Under the pieces are notes generated by a model that worked only from the letters and a program-made list of their open reading frames with translations, was not told where the DNA came from and made no database searches. Positions 40,518 to 52,240 of a stretch of 64,000 nt of DNA are shown here, piece after piece (position 1 is the first letter of the stretch; each line of letters begins with the position of its first letter). The position numbers were made by a program, and so were the translations under genes. The stretch lies in NCBI RefSeq assembly GCF_009931435.1, contig NZ_CP043414.1; one strand, 5' to 3'. This stretch comes from Escherichia coli (GTDB lineage: Bacteria > Pseudomonadota > Gammaproteobacteria > Enterobacterales > Enterobacteriaceae).

Positions 40518-43500
40518 AAATTCTCAGCCTGCGCCTGAAAAACCTGAACTCGTTAAAAGGCGAATGGAAGATTGATTTCACCCGCGAGCCGTTCGCCAGC
40601 AATGGGCTGTTTGCGATTACCGGCCCAACCGGCGCGGGGAAAACCACCCTGCTGGATGCCATTTGCCTGGCGCTGTATCACGAAACTCCGCGCCTTTCTA
40701 ACGTTTCACAATCGCAAAATGATCTAATGACCCGCGATACCGCCGAATGTCTGGCGGAAGTGGAGTTTGAAGTCAAAGGTGAAGCGTACCGTGCCTTCTG
40801 GAGCCAGAATCGGGCGCGTAACCAGCCAGACGGTAATTTGCAGGTGCCGCGCGTAGAGCTGGCGCGCTGTACCGATGGCAAAATTCTCGCTGACAAAGTG
40901 AAAGATAAGCTGGAACTGACGGCGACGTTAACCGGACTGGATTATGGGCGTTTCACCCGTTCGATGCTGCTTTCGCAGGGGCAATTTGCTGCCTTCCTGA
41001 ATGCCAAACCAAAAGAACGCGCGGAATTGCTCGAGGAATTAACCGGCACCGAAATCTACGGGCAAATCTCTGCGATGGTCTTTGAGCAGCACAAATCGGC
41101 CCGCACTGAGCTGGAGAAACTGCAAGCGCAGGCCAGCGGCGTTGCGTTATTAGCGCCAGAACAGCTGCAATCGCTGACAGAAAGTTTGCAGGTACTCACT
41201 GTCGAAGAGAAACAGTTACTCGCCGCGCAGCAGCAAGAACAACAATCGCTAAACTGGTTAACGCGTCTGGACGAATTGCAGCAAGAAGCCAGCCGACGTC
41301 AGCAGGCATTGCAACAGGCGTTAGCCGAAGAAGAAAAAGCGCAACCTCAACTGGCGGCGCTCAGCCTGGCACAACCGGCGCGAAATCTTCGTCCGCACTG
41401 GGAACGCATCGCAGAACACACTGCGGCACTGGCGCATACTCGCCAGCAGATTGAAGAAGTAAATACTCGCTTACAGCGCACAATGGCGCTTCGTGCGAGC
41501 ATTCGCCACCACGCGGCGAAGCAGTCTGCAGAATTACAGCAGCAGCAACAAAGCCTGAATGCCTGGTTACAGGAACACGACCGCTTCCGTCAGTGGAACA
41601 ACGAACTGGCGGGTTGGCGTGCGCAATTCTCTCAACAAACCAGCGAACGCGAGCATCTGCGGCAGTGGCAGCAACAGTTAACCCATGCAGAGCAAAAACT
41701 TAATTCACTTCCGGCGATCTCGTTGACGTTAAGCGCCGATGAAGTTGCTAGCGCCCAGGCGCAACATGCTGAGCAACGCACGCTGCGTCAGCGCCTGGTC
41801 GCGCTGCATGGACAGATTGTTCCCCAACAAAAACGCCTGGCGCAATTACAGATCGCTATCCAGAATGTCACGCAAGAACAGACGCAACGTAACGCCGCAC
41901 TTAACGAAATGCGCCAGCGTTATAAAGAAAAAACGCAACAACTTGCCGATGTGAAAACCATTTGCGAGCAGGAAGCTCGTATCAAAACGCTGGAAGTTCA
42001 ACGTGCGCAGTTACAGGCGGGTCAGCCTTGCCCACTTTGTGGTTCCACCAGCCACCCGGCGGTCGAGGCGTATCAGGCGCTGGAACCGGGCGTTAATCAG
42101 GCCCGGCTATTAACGCTGGAAAACGAAGTGAAAAAGCTCGGTGAAGAAGGTGCGCCGCTACGTGGGCAACTGGACGCCTTAACGAAGCAGCTTCAGCGTG
42201 ATGAAAACGAAGCGCAAAGCCTCCGACAAGATGAGCAAGCACTTACTCAACAATGGCAAGCTGTCACGGCCAGCCTCAATATCACCTTGCAGCCACAGGA
42301 CGATATTCAACCGTGGCTGGATGCACAAGATGAGCACGAGCGCCAGCTGCGGATACTCAGCCAACGGCATGAATTACAAGGGCAGATTGCTGCGCATAAT
42401 CAACAAATTATCCAGTATCAACAGCAAATTGAACAACGCCAGCAGCAACTCTCTGCGGCATTAGCGAGTTACGCGCTGGCATTGCCACAGGAAAATGAAG
42501 AAGAGAGCTGGTTAGCGACACGTCAGCAAGAAGCGCAGAGCTGGCAACTGCGTCAGAACGAATTAACTACGCTGCAAAACCGTATTCAGCAACTGACGCC
42601 GATTCTGGATACGTTACCGCAAGGTGATGAGTTATCGCACAGCGAAGAAACAGTGGCAATGGAAAACTGGCGGCAAATTCATGAACAATGTCTCGCGTTA
42701 CAAAGCCAGCAGCAGACGTTACAGCAACAGGATGTTCTGGCGGCGCAAAGTCTGCAAAAAGCCCAGGCGCAGTTTGACACCGCGCTACAGGCCAGTGTCT
42801 TTGACGATCAACAGGCGTTCCTTGCGGCGCTAATGGATGAACAAACACTAACCCAACTGGAACAGCTCAAGCAGAATCTGGAAAACCAGCGCCGTCAGGC
42901 GCAAACGCTGGTCACTCAGACAGCTGAAACGCTGGCACAGCATCAGCAACACCGACCTGACGGCCTGGATCTCAGTGTGACGGTGGAGCAGATTCAGCAA
43001 GAGTTAGCGCAAACTCACCAAAAGTTGCGTGAAAACACCACGAGTCAGGGCGAGATTCGTCAACAGCTGAAACAGGATGCGGAAAACCGTCAGCAACAAC
43101 AAACCTTAATGCAGCAAATTGCTCAAATGACGCAGCAGGTTGAGGACTGGGGATATCTTAATTCGCTAATAGGTTCCAAAGAGGGCGATAAATTCCGCAA
43201 GTTTGCCCAGGGGCTGACGCTGGATAATTTAGTCCATCTCGCTAATCAGCAACTTACCCGGTTACACGGGCGCTATCTGTTACAGCGCAAAGCCAGCGAG
43301 GCGCTGGAAGTCGAGGTTGTTGATACCTGGCAGGCAGATGCGGTACGCGATACCCGTACCCTTTCCGGTGGCGAGAGTTTCCTCGTCAGTCTGGCGCTGG
43401 CGCTGGCGCTTTCGGATCTGGTCAGCCATAAAACGCGTATTGACTCGCTGTTCCTTGATGAAGGTTTTGGCACGCTGGATAGCGAAACGCTGGATACCGC

Positions 43501-43657
43501 CCTTGATGCCCTGGATGCCCTGAACGCCAGCGGCAAAACCATCGGTGTGATTAGCCACGTTGAAGCGATGAAAGAGCGTATTCCGGTGCAGATCAAAGTG
43601 AAAAAGATCAACGGACTGGGATACAGCAAACTGGAAAGTGCGTTTGCAGTGAAATAA
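40514..43657 (+). CDS. sbcC: Nuclease SbcCD subunit C (Rad50-like SMC ATPase)
   Basis: Track ORF, 1047 aa; Walker [11 protein letters not shown]-rich coiled coil, CPLCG zinc hook, C-terminal signature LSGGE; 4-nt overlap with sbcD. Confidence 0.96.
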   Translation: MKILSLRLKNLNSLKGEWKIDFTREPFASNGLFAITGPTGAGKTTLLDAICLALYHETPRLSNVSQSQNDLMTRDTAECLAEVEFEVKGEAYRAFWSQNRARNQPDGNLQVPRVELARCTDGKILADKVKDKLELTATLTGLDYGRFTRSMLLSQGQFAAFLNAKPKERAELLEELTGTEIYGQISAMVFEQHKSARTELEKLQAQASGVALLAPEQLQSLTESLQVLTVEEKQLLAAQQQEQQSLNWLTRLDELQQEASRRQQALQQALAEEEKAQPQLAALSLAQPARNLRPHWERIAEHTAALAHTRQQIEEVNTRLQRTMALRASIRHHAAKQSAELQQQQQSLNAWLQEHDRFRQWNNELAGWRAQFSQQTSEREHLRQWQQQLTHAEQKLNSLPAISLTLSADEVASAQAQHAEQRTLRQRLVALHGQIVPQQKRLAQLQIAIQNVTQEQTQRNAALNEMRQRYKEKTQQLADVKTICEQEARIKTLEVQRAQLQAGQPCPLCGSTSHPAVEAYQALEPGVNQARLLTLENEVKKLGEEGAPLRGQLDALTKQLQRDENEAQSLRQDEQALTQQWQAVTASLNITLQPQDDIQPWLDAQDEHERQLRILSQRHELQGQIAAHNQQIIQYQQQIEQRQQQLSAALASYALALPQENEEESWLATRQQEAQSWQLRQNELTTLQNRIQQLTPILDTLPQGDELSHSEETVAMENWRQIHEQCLALQSQQQTLQQQDVLAAQSLQKAQAQFDTALQASVFDDQQAFLAALMDEQTLTQLEQLKQNLENQRRQAQTLVTQTAETLAQHQQHRPDGLDLSVTVEQIQQELAQTHQKLRENTTSQGEIRQQLKQDAENRQQQQTLMQQIAQMTQQVEDWGYLNSLIGSKEGDKFRKFAQGLTLDNLVHLANQQLTRLHGRYLLQRKASEALEVEVVDTWQADAVRDTRTLSGGESFLVSLALALALSDLVSHKTRIDSLFLDEGFGTLDSETLDTALDALDALNASGKTIGVISHVEAMKERIPVQIKVKKINGLGYSKLESAFAVK

Positions 43658-43782
43658 CTATTCAGCAGGATAATGAATACAGAGGGGCGAATTATCTCTT
43701 GGCCTCACTGGTCGTTATCCTGCAAGCTATCACTTTATTGGCTACGGTGATTGGTAGCCGTTCTGGTGGTTGTGATGGTGGT

Positions 43783-44967
43783 ATGAAAAAAGTTATTTTA
43801 TCTTTGGCTCTGGGCACGTTTGGTTTGGGAATGGCCGAATTTGGCATTATGGGCGTGCTTACGGAGCTGGCACATAACGTAGGTATTTCGATTCCTGCCG
43901 CCGGACATATGATCTCGTATTATGCGCTGGGGGTGGTGGTCGGTGCACCAATCATCGCACTCTTTTCCAGCCGCTACTCGCTCAAACATATCTTGTTGTT
44001 TCTGGTGGCGTTGTGCGTCATTGGCAACGCCATGTTCACGCTCTCTTCGTCTTACCTGATGCTCGCCATTGGTCGGCTGGTTTCCGGCTTTCCGCATGGC
44101 GCTTTTTTTGGCGTCGGGGCGATTGTGTTATCGAAAATTATCAAACCCGGCAAAGTCACCGCCGCCGTGGCGGGGATGGTTTCGGGGATGACAGTTGCCA
44201 ATTTGCTGGGCATTCCGCTGGGGACGTATTTAAGTCAGGAGTTTAGCTGGCGTTACACCTTTTTATTGATCTCTGTGTTTAATATCGCGGTGATGGCATC
44301 GGTCTATTTTTGGGTGCCGGATATTCGCGACGAGGCGAAAGGAAAGCTGCGCGAACAATTTCACTTTTTGCGCAGCCCGGCCCCGTGGTTAATTTTCGCT
44401 GCCACGATGTTTGGCAACGCGGGTGTATTTGCCTGGTTCAGCTACGTAAAGCCATACATGATGTTTATTTCCGGTTTTTCGGAAACGGCGATGACCTTTA
44501 TTATGATGTTAGTTGGGCTGGGGATGGTGTTGGGGAATGTGCTAAGTGGCCGGATTTCAGGACGTTATTCACCACTACGCATTGCGGCAGTGACTGATTT
44601 CATTATTGTGCTGGCATTGCTGATGCTCTTTTTCTTCGGCGGCATGAAAACAACGTCGCTTATTTTTGCTTTTATTTGTTGCGCGGGATTATTTGCCCTC
44701 TCTGCACCGCTGCAAATATTGTTACTGCAAAATGCCAAAGGTGGAGAATTATTAGGTGCCGCAGGTGGGCAAATAGCGTTTAACCTCGGTAGCGCCGTCG
44801 GCGCATATTGCGGAGGTATGATGCTGACGCTGGGGCTGACTTATAATTACGTGGCGCTGCCTGCCGCCCTGCTTTCGTTTGCTGCGATGTCGTCGTTGCT
44901 GCTGTATGGTCGCTATAAGCGCCAGCAAGCGGCGGATAGTCCGGTGCTGGCGAAACCAGTGGGGTAG
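43783..44967 (+). CDS. araJ: MFS transporter AraJ
   Basis: Start moved to MKKVILSLALGTFGLG, giving 394 aa. Confidence 0.9.
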   Translation: MKKVILSLALGTFGLGMAEFGIMGVLTELAHNVGISIPAAGHMISYYALGVVVGAPIIALFSSRYSLKHILLFLVALCVIGNAMFTLSSSYLMLAIGRLVSGFPHGAFFGVGAIVLSKIIKPGKVTAAVAGMVSGMTVANLLGIPLGTYLSQEFSWRYTFLLISVFNIAVMASVYFWVPDIRDEAKGKLREQFHFLRSPAPWLIFAATMFGNAGVFAWFSYVKPYMMFISGFSETAMTFIMMLVGLGMVLGNVLSGRISGRYSPLRIAAVTDFIIVLALLMLFFFGGMKTTSLIFAFICCAGLFALSAPLQILLLQNAKGGELLGAAGGQIAFNLGSAVGAYCGGMMLTLGLTYNYVALPAALLSFAAMSSLLLYGRYKRQQAADSPVLAKPVG

Positions 44968-44993
44968 ATTGCAGCCACGGTGCACGTTGCTTA

Positions 44994-45079
44994 TTGCCGG
45001 ATGCGGCGTGAACACCTTATCCGGCCTACGGCTGCTCATTTTGTAGGCCTGATAAGACGCGGCAAGCGTCGCATCAGGC
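44994..45079. repeat. Pair of REP elements (BIME-like) after araJ
   Basis: gccggatgcggcgtgaacaccttatccggcctac and gtaggcctgataagacgcggcaagcgtcgcatcaggc. Confidence 0.8.
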
Positions 45080-45104
45080 ATGATGCACCAATTGCCTGGT
45101 TTTT

Positions 45105-46013
45105 TTACTCTTGTGGCCATAACCACGCAGCGCCGCGTACGCCGCTGGAATCACCATGTTTCGCCTTACGCACCGGCGTTTCACATTCGCCGCCGAAGAC
45201 AAATTGTTTAATCAACTGCGGAACCGTTTGATATAAACGATCTACATTGCTCATCCCGCCCCCCAACACAATCACATCCGGATCGAGAATATTCACTACG
45301 TGTGCCAGCGATTTTGCCAGCCGCAGCTCGTAGCGACGCAATGCCAGTTCCGCTACCGGATCGCTTTCTTCTACCAAGCGGATAATTTCACTGCCTTTCA
45401 GCGCATGTCCGCTCAAACGATGATAATCCGTCGCGAATCCCGTGCCCGAAATAAAGGTTTCAATACAACCTTGTTTACCGCAATAACAAGGGACTTCCTC
45501 GCGATAACGCAGTTCATCTTCGTCCATCCACGGTAGCGGATTGTGTCCCCACTCGCCTGCCGTGCCATTGCCGCCGATATGCGCTCGACCATTGAACGCT
45601 ACGCCCGCGCCGCATCCCGTGCCGATAATCACGGCAAATACCGTCTGCGCTCCCGCTGCTGCGCCATCTACCGCTTCCGAGACCGCCAGACAGTTGGCGT
45701 CATTTGCCAACCGCACTTCCCGTTGCAACCGCGCGCTTAAATCTTTATCAAATGGCTGACCGTTAAGCCAGGTTGAATTGGCATTTTTCACCACGCCAGT
45801 GTAAGGCGAAATCGAGCCTGGAATGCCCATGCCTACCGTTCCGCGCTGCCCTGTCGCCTGCTCCGCCATATCAACCAACGTGGCGATCGTTTCGATGGTC
45901 TGATGGTAATCATCACGCGGTGTGGGCAGACGATGACGATACAACTGCTCCCCTGCATCGCCCAGTGCAATCACTTCAGTTTTAGTGCCGCCTAAATCGA
46001 TACCTATACGCAC
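45105..46013 (-). CDS. mak: Fructokinase / manno(fructo)kinase (ROK family)
   Basis: Start set at the in-frame GTG ([14 protein letters not shown]), giving 302 aa, which matches the recalled Mak length. Confidence 0.85.
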   Translation of the reverse strand: MRIGIDLGGTKTEVIALGDAGEQLYRHRLPTPRDDYHQTIETIATLVDMAEQATGQRGTVGMGIPGSISPYTGVVKNANSTWLNGQPFDKDLSARLQREVRLANDANCLAVSEAVDGAAAGAQTVFAVIIGTGCGAGVAFNGRAHIGGNGTAGEWGHNPLPWMDEDELRYREEVPCYCGKQGCIETFISGTGFATDYHRLSGHALKGSEIIRLVEESDPVAELALRRYELRLAKSLAHVVNILDPDVIVLGGGMSNVDRLYQTVPQLIKQFVFGGECETPVRKAKHGDSSGVRGAAWLWPQE

Positions 46014-46137
46014 GGTACTCTCCTTATTTTTTTCAATATCAATAGCGTAGAGACGGACAACCGGATTGGCAATGCAAGGCCGCCGACAATTCGTTATCAT
46101 GCCCGCTAAATTTAACGACAAGGCCGTGGAAATTATC

Positions 46138-47049
46138 ATGCTGTGGTTCAAAAATTTAATGGTTTACCGTCTTAGCCGCGAGATTTCGCTGCGTGCAGAA
46201 GAGATGGAAAAACAGCTAGCCTCGATGGCATTTACCCCATGCGGCAGCCAGGACATGGCGAAGATGGGCTGGGTTCCTCCGATGGGATCGCACAGCGATG
46301 CGTTAACGCACGTTGCCAATGGTCAAATTGTTATCTGCGCGCGCAAAGAAGAAAAAATCCTCCCGTCTCCGGTGATTAAACAGGCGCTGGAAGCAAAAAT
46401 CGCCAAGCTGGAAGCGGAACAGGCGCGCAAGCTGAAGAAAACCGAAAAAGATTCGCTGAAAGATGAAGTGCTGCACTCTCTTCTGCCGCGCGCTTTCAGC
46501 CGTTTCAGCCAAACCATGATGTGGATCGATACGGTAAACGGTTTGATTATGGTGGACTGCGCCAGTGCCAAAAAAGCAGAAGATACGCTGGCATTACTGC
46601 GTAAAAGCCTGGGGTCGTTACCGGTTGTACCATTGAGCATGGAAAACCCGATTGAACTGACGCTGACCGAATGGGTACGCTCTGGTAGTGCGGCACAAGG
46701 CTTCCAGCTGCTTGATGAAGCCGAACTGAAATCGTTGCTGGAAGATGGCGGCGTGATCCGCGCGAAGAAACAAGATTTGACCAGCGAAGAAATCACCAAC
46801 CACATTGAAGCAGGAAAAGTGGTGACTAAACTGGCGCTCGACTGGCAGCAGCGCATTCAGTTTGTGATGTGCGACGATGGTTCACTCAAGCGTCTGAAGT
46901 TCTGCGACGAGCTGCGCGATCAAAACGAAGATATCGACCGTGAAGATTTTGCCCAACGTTTTGATGCCGATTTCATCCTGATGACCGGTGAACTGGCAGC
47001 ATTAATCCAAAACCTGATCGAAGGATTAGGTGGCGAAGCACAACGTTAA
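46138..47049 (+). CDS. rdgC: Recombination-associated protein RdgC
   Basis: Start moved to [12 protein letters not shown], giving 303 aa. Confidence 0.93.
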
Positions 47050-47068
47050 TTGCTGATTTGCCTTTAAT

Positions 47069-47106
47069 GCCGGATGCGACGCCTGCGGCGTCTTATCCGG
47101 CGTACG
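47069..47106. repeat. REP element after rdgC
   Basis: gccggatgcgacgcctgcggcgtcttatccggcgtacg. Confidence 0.75.
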
Positions 47107-47126
47107 AATCCACACCAGGCATATAA

Positions 47127-47582
47127 TCATTCGCTACGGCGGGCAATAATTTTTAGCGCAGCAATATTATGCGTTTTACGCCGTAACTGATCCAACCGTC
47201 TCATCCCTATTCGCCTGTCAGCGGCACGCAGAATATTCACTAACCCCCATTTATCGCTGGTACATTGTTTCGTTAACAGCTCCGCTTTTGGGGTATCAAT
47301 ATATTCACGCAATAAATCAGAAATTGAACAAATATCCGTCAGATAAGGATACCAGCAAGTTTCACCATGAAAATTACGCACTCCACCATTGCCTGCCATA
47401 AAGTCTTTTGGGTAATCCCAGATCACGTCTTTATCCAACGTGATCCAATAACGCGGTAAATCGGAGCTTCCACCATTTTGGCTGCGCATGGGATAACGGG
47501 TACAGTGAATTTGCAGGTTGATCGTTGGCGTCAGTAAGTCATAAATCTCCCTCTGTAACTTGCTCCAGGGGCGTTGTGTCAT
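47127..47582 (-). CDS. Hypothetical 151-aa protein, second gene of the accessory operon (no signal peptide)
   Basis: Track ORF; its ATG overlaps the stop of the upstream 762-aa ORF by 4 nt (ATGA); no motif recognised with certainty. Confidence 0.6.
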   Translation of the reverse strand: MTQRPWSKLQREIYDLLTPTINLQIHCTRYPMRSQNGGSSDLPRYWITLDKDVIWDYPKDFMAGNGGVRNFHGETCWYPYLTDICSISDLLREYIDTPKAELLTKQCTSDKWGLVNILRAADRRIGMRRLDQLRRKTHNIAALKIIARRSE

Positions 47583-49867
47583 TGTTTTTCCTCAAGCCGG
47601 TTACGCGCTTCACTGCGAATTTGCCGCGTTGCCCCGGTTTTCACTAAATGACGTAACTGCGAAAGATCGGGCTGATCAACAAATAAGATTAATGATGCAT
47701 CCTCCTTTAACCACGCCGTTTTCACATCGGCAGCCAACTGTGGATTATTAATAGCCAGCGCCCGATCCTGTGACTCAGTCAATGTCGTTAACAAAGAGGC
47801 TGGGGTATGTACATTGCGCAACGCCGTCTGCCGCAAATGATCATTGTGACTTTTCAGCAATCCGCACCACCATTCATCATCTGATTTATCTTTTATCGTA
47901 TCCAGCTCCGCAAAAATATCGCTTTCCTCATGATTCCAGCGGTGTAATCCCCTTTCACTTTGTCTACGGGTGCTATTTTTCATACTGACAACAGACAACG
48001 CCCAGTCGGAGTTAAAACGATACTGTTGATCGAGTTTGTTGATAATTCCGGAGGGTAAATCTTCATTATCAAATAGCTGGTTTCGCATCCGATAGCGGTA
48101 TTCAGCAGGTAAATAAACCAGTAAATCGATGGCATTATTAAACATCTCTTCGTCAATAATACCATTATCAATCAGCGCCAGCTGTACTTCGTAGGCTTGC
48201 TCTTGATCTTCTTGCCGTTTACTCATCATTAATTTTAAGGTGTGTTGCCATAATTGTTTCTTATACTCCAGAGGTAATAATTTATCGCGTGCCAGCTCAT
48301 ACCAGATGCTGGGAATGTCATGCTGATTCAGTAGATAACTAATCACTTCCTTCGAGGTCAGATAACGCATGCCGTCACGTAAGTTGTGCACATCTTCTTT
48401 TGCCAAAGTCAGTTGACGCGACTCCGGCAAAGCGACCAATAACGCCTTCACGATATTTTTATTTTCTTTATTATCCAGATACATTTGTTCTGCGATACGT
48501 TCAACATCCTCTGTCCTCAGGGTCGCTGACAGTTGGGTGATTTTTAGTTCAGTAAGCGTCCGGGCTAATGCTTGACGAACTTTCAGCGATTTATCTTTAC
48601 TCAACAACACCGCTTGTTGTGCGGTTAAATCGGTTCCGGTAATTCTTTCGCGTAACTCCGGAGCTTCGCTATTTATCAATTCATCGACCACTGCAGTTGG
48701 AACCAGCCAGGCGTAATCGTAATGGCTGATTAATGTCTTGCGCACACTGAGAAAAGGGCTTTGACTTAACGACACAACAATATCAGGAGAAAGATTATCC
48801 TGTCTGGCCTGCTCCAGCTGTACGCTCTCGACGGGTACAGACATTAATTTTTTATTCACTTCGGCGGATATATTGCTGTTTTTAACCAGTCCTCTGGCAA
48901 CAGCTTCATCTTTAATTATTTCGTCGGTAAGCAAATGCATCTGTTGAGCGGGCCAGGACTGCGCCATCGATTCACGCGTCTGGTCATCGGGGTGCTGTAA
49001 CAGTTGCAGCATAACGGCGGTTGACAAACGCTCTATATGAGTCAGAAAACGTGCCACCAGTGGATCTTCATGCTTTATTTTATCCGCAAGGAAATTATCG
49101 AGTTTCCCCGTTTCAATCCATTTTAATTTCTCATTAATTTCAGGAGCAGCTTTATCTCGAAAAAGAGGTAAACCCTGAACGATATTGTCTACGACGCTAT
49201 CATAGTCAGGATACGCATTGGAAATATTATCGGTTTCGATTTCACTATGATCATAAAGATTAGGCGTCACCAGTGAATAAACTTTTTGAATATTCTCGTC
49301 CCAGTTATATTCTTCACCGCTTTCATCTTCATTGATATAAAACTCAGCTTTAATGACCTCAAATTGCGTTGCTTTATCGGAAACAATAATGCCTCGCGCG
49401 CTAATTCCTTTCATCACTTCAAAGTTGTGATCATTATAATCAGCATAAACCAAACCTTTCGCTGTCATCTGCCCTTTGACATACGCGAAATCATGATTAA
49501 TAAAGTTGTCGACAATAACATTACCTAATACAATCAGATGACCATTACCTGACAGATAATCATCATAATCGCCGGAAATCGTTAAATTACCGTTCACCAC
49601 CAATTTATTTTGATTGCTGAAGTTAGCGGGTAATGATAGGTCACCATTATGATAATACCAACGGATATTATCTTTCAGCATATAAGCAGCTTCCATACTA
49701 TCGTTGGTTGCCGCTTTAACCACGTTGCGCTCATCTGCCGTCATAAGATGAAAGTCAGAGGTGATAAGGTCCTCGCTACTGATCCACTCTGTGGCACATG
49801 CATTGCCAGTCATAAAAAACACGACCATACAGATGACCAATATATTAATTCTATTCATAATCTTCAC
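47579..49867 (-). CDS. Hypothetical 762-aa secreted protein (signal peptide; Gly/Asn-rich N-terminal region; helical-repeat C-terminal region)
   Basis: Track ORF; N-terminus MKIMNRINILVICMVVFFMTGNACA is a Sec-type signal; no catalytic motif recognised. Confidence 0.65.
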   Translation of the reverse strand: MKIMNRINILVICMVVFFMTGNACATEWISSEDLITSDFHLMTADERNVVKAATNDSMEAAYMLKDNIRWYYHNGDLSLPANFSNQNKLVVNGNLTISGDYDDYLSGNGHLIVLGNVIVDNFINHDFAYVKGQMTAKGLVYADYNDHNFEVMKGISARGIIVSDKATQFEVIKAEFYINEDESGEEYNWDENIQKVYSLVTPNLYDHSEIETDNISNAYPDYDSVVDNIVQGLPLFRDKAAPEINEKLKWIETGKLDNFLADKIKHEDPLVARFLTHIERLSTAVMLQLLQHPDDQTRESMAQSWPAQQMHLLTDEIIKDEAVARGLVKNSNISAEVNKKLMSVPVESVQLEQARQDNLSPDIVVSLSQSPFLSVRKTLISHYDYAWLVPTAVVDELINSEAPELRERITGTDLTAQQAVLLSKDKSLKVRQALARTLTELKITQLSATLRTEDVERIAEQMYLDNKENKNIVKALLVALPESRQLTLAKEDVHNLRDGMRYLTSKEVISYLLNQHDIPSIWYELARDKLLPLEYKKQLWQHTLKLMMSKRQEDQEQAYEVQLALIDNGIIDEEMFNNAIDLLVYLPAEYRYRMRNQLFDNEDLPSGIINKLDQQYRFNSDWALSVVSMKNSTRRQSERGLHRWNHEESDIFAELDTIKDKSDDEWWCGLLKSHNDHLRQTALRNVHTPASLLTTLTESQDRALAINNPQLAADVKTAWLKEDASLILFVDQPDLSQLRHLVKTGATRQIRSEARNRLEEKQ

Positions 49868-49965
49868 TGATATTTATATCAACCTTGATGAATTATGAAT
49901 ATATCGGAAATCGAAAAAATCGCAGCAAAGGAAATATTATTATGGGTTAAAGAGAAGATATTTCA

Positions 49966-49995
49966 GAAAAATGCCCTCCCGTTCATGGGGAAGGC
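49966..49995 (-). terminator. Probable terminator of ppnP
   Basis: Minus-strand hairpin (gccttcccc-atgaac-gggagggc) followed by attttt. Confidence 0.5.
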
Positions 49996-50001
49996 GAGGA
50001 A

Positions 50002-50286
50002 TTACAGATAGCGGCACAGATAAGAGGTGGGTTCGGCAACTTGCAGATGAAACTCGCTGTGACCGGGAACATTAAACACCGAACCGGCTTCATACACTTG
50101 CCAGTCGGTCGCGTCAGGCAGTAACACATTCAGCGCACCACTGATTACCGTCATCTCTTCAGGCTCAGCGGTGCTGAAGGTGTATTCGCCTTCAACCATA
50201 ACACCCACGCTGGCGCGACCAGTGCTGCTGCTGGAAAAGCCGATCGATTTCACTTTGCCGGAAAAGTACTCATTACTTTGAAGCAT
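50002..50286 (-). CDS. ppnP: Pyrimidine/purine nucleoside phosphorylase PpnP (YaiE)
   Basis: Track ORF, 94 aa. Confidence 0.92.
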
Positions 50287-50357
50287 AAACTGGCCCTGTC
50301 TGGTAGTTGAACATCTACTTCACTATAGGGGCCAGAGGCGCTGGCTGTCACGCAAAA

Positions 50358-51035
50358 TTACACCAGTAATTCCGCAGCTAGCCTTGCAATCAATACGTTA
50401 GAGAGCAAGACAGGAACATCGAGCTGTTTTTGCAGTAAATCGCGATGACGCTGGTTAAATCCCAAACAATCCAGCATGATGACATCTGCGCCTTTTGCCA
50501 GTAATTCTTTCCCGGCATCAATGATTTTTTGTTCCGAATCATGAATGGGGTTACCCAATGAAAATACTGGCGGTTTCTGCAAAATTTGCCATTTTTGCGC
50601 CTGAACGGTCAGTAGCTCTTCAACCGGTACGATAACCCCCACCTGATGATCTTCAACAATAGATGAAACCAGCGGTGGCAATATTCGCGACGGCTCAAGA
50701 AAGATCGTATTACGCGCGGTCATACTCCTAATGTTTGCCGTACTCATTAATATAATGACGTCGTAACCCTGATTATCGAGCACTTCAACCACACCTTGCA
50801 GGTCTCGCTCCACTTTGCGACGCGAAACATGGGCCAGCTGGTTGTCATTTAATAATGTGAGAATTGTGTCTTCGCCTGCTTCTGGCGCGTACTCCGCCAT
50901 CACTTCTTCGCGGCTTAACTTCCCCAGCAGGCTATGATGGGAAATATTATCTTCGTCAATGTATTCTGTCAGGAGCGGCAAAACTTCCTGCATAGGTACA
51001 ATGCCGATGGTCAGGATCGCCAACGACGCACTCAT
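50358..51035 (-). CDS. aroM: Protein AroM
   Basis: Track ORF, 225 aa. Confidence 0.9.
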   Translation of the reverse strand: MSASLAILTIGIVPMQEVLPLLTEYIDEDNISHHSLLGKLSREEVMAEYAPEAGEDTILTLLNDNQLAHVSRRKVERDLQGVVEVLDNQGYDVIILMSTANIRSMTARNTIFLEPSRILPPLVSSIVEDHQVGVIVPVEELLTVQAQKWQILQKPPVFSLGNPIHDSEQKIIDAGKELLAKGADVIMLDCLGFNQRHRDLLQKQLDVPVLLSNVLIARLAAELLV

Positions 51036-51292
51036 TGTTCTTCCACCTTACTTTTATTTCGTCGTTAATTACCGGGCAAGCGCTAAGCACCACTGCCGAC
51101 ACTTACCTGTGCTACAAATGACAAAAAGCGTAGCAGCAGACCTGCACGGCATAATGTAAAGATTCCAAATGATTCCAGTAATGGATTGTTATTGTTTAAT
51201 ATTCTAATTATTTGAAAAACATGAATTGTGAAAAATGTGACGCAGATCCCTTGTGGTGGCACTCAGAATCCCTTCCGAGCAGTCTGATGCGG

Positions 51293-51493
<201 letters not shown>

Positions 51494-51533
51494 TTATTTC
51501 ACGGGATGAACGTTAAGTATAGGCGCTCGAAAA

Positions 51534-52058
51534 TCAACAATTGCTCGTCTGTGCCAGGGCGCTGCGAATTTCAGAAATCACCTGGCTGGGTTCGTTTGTT
51601 GCGTCGATGATAATATGCGCAACTTCGCGATATAGCGCATCGCGTTCTTCCAGCACTTCCTGAACTTCTTCGCTCAGCGGTTTCCCCGTTAAGGTTGGCC
51701 GTAAATCTTCTTCCGGTGCAGCTTGCAGTCGGTTAACCAGGACTGATACTGGCGCACACAAATAAACCACGATCCCGTTATTTTGCATAAAGTGACGATT
51801 AAATTCCGTCAGGATAATGCCGCCGCCCGTGGCGATAACGGTGGATGGCGCAGTTACCGCTTCCAACGCCGCCGTTTCTCTGGCGCGGAATCCCGCCCAC
51901 TCTTCCCTTTCGACGATCTCCGCGACCGTCATATTGAGCTGTGATTGCAACCACTGGTCGGTATCGACAAATCGACGGTTAAGCGAATCGGCAAGGGCCA
52001 TTCCGACCGTTGTTTTACCACAGCCCCGAGGCCCGATCAGAAAAAGAGGTTGTGTCAT
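51534..52058 (-). CDS. aroL: Shikimate kinase II
   Basis: Track ORF, 174 aa; Walker [10 protein letters not shown]. Confidence 0.95.
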   Translation of the reverse strand: MTQPLFLIGPRGCGKTTVGMALADSLNRRFVDTDQWLQSQLNMTVAEIVEREEWAGFRARETAALEAVTAPSTVIATGGGIILTEFNRHFMQNNGIVVYLCAPVSVLVNRLQAAPEEDLRPTLTGKPLSEEVQEVLEERDALYREVAHIIIDATNEPSQVISEIRSALAQTSNC

Positions 52059-52124
52059 CGTGGGTTTTCCCCAATAGGTCGCAATGCGGCGAAAGCCGGT
52101 GTCATGAGAATAGCGATCATACCA

Positions 52125-52137
52125 TCAAACTAGTACA
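52125..52137 (-). promoter_or_regulatory. Possible TrpR operator half-site upstream of aroL
   Basis: AACTAGTAC core read in the sequence; aroL is a known TrpR/TyrR target (established knowledge). Confidence 0.3.
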
Positions 52138-52222
52138 ATTTCGATTGTAAAGAAAAAATTCCACTTAAAGTGAAAATTTTAATACATCCCTTACTATACC
52201 AATAAATTTTCAAGAATGAAGT

Positions 52223-52240
52223 GTAAATAATAAATTACAT
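52223..52240 (-). promoter_or_regulatory. TyrR box upstream of aroL
   Basis: TGTAAATAATAAATTACA fits the TGTAAA-N6-TTTACA consensus. Confidence 0.6.

Larger units (their letters stand above)
47107..49957. other. AT-rich accessory two-gene locus between rdgC and ppnP
   Basis: Hand-counted samples give roughly 40-42% G+C; two ORFs of unknown function on the minus strand. Confidence 0.65.

Noticed and set aside
46323-46856. 177-aa minus-strand ORF inside rdgC
   Set aside because: Antisense to rdgC; Ser-rich shadow ORF.
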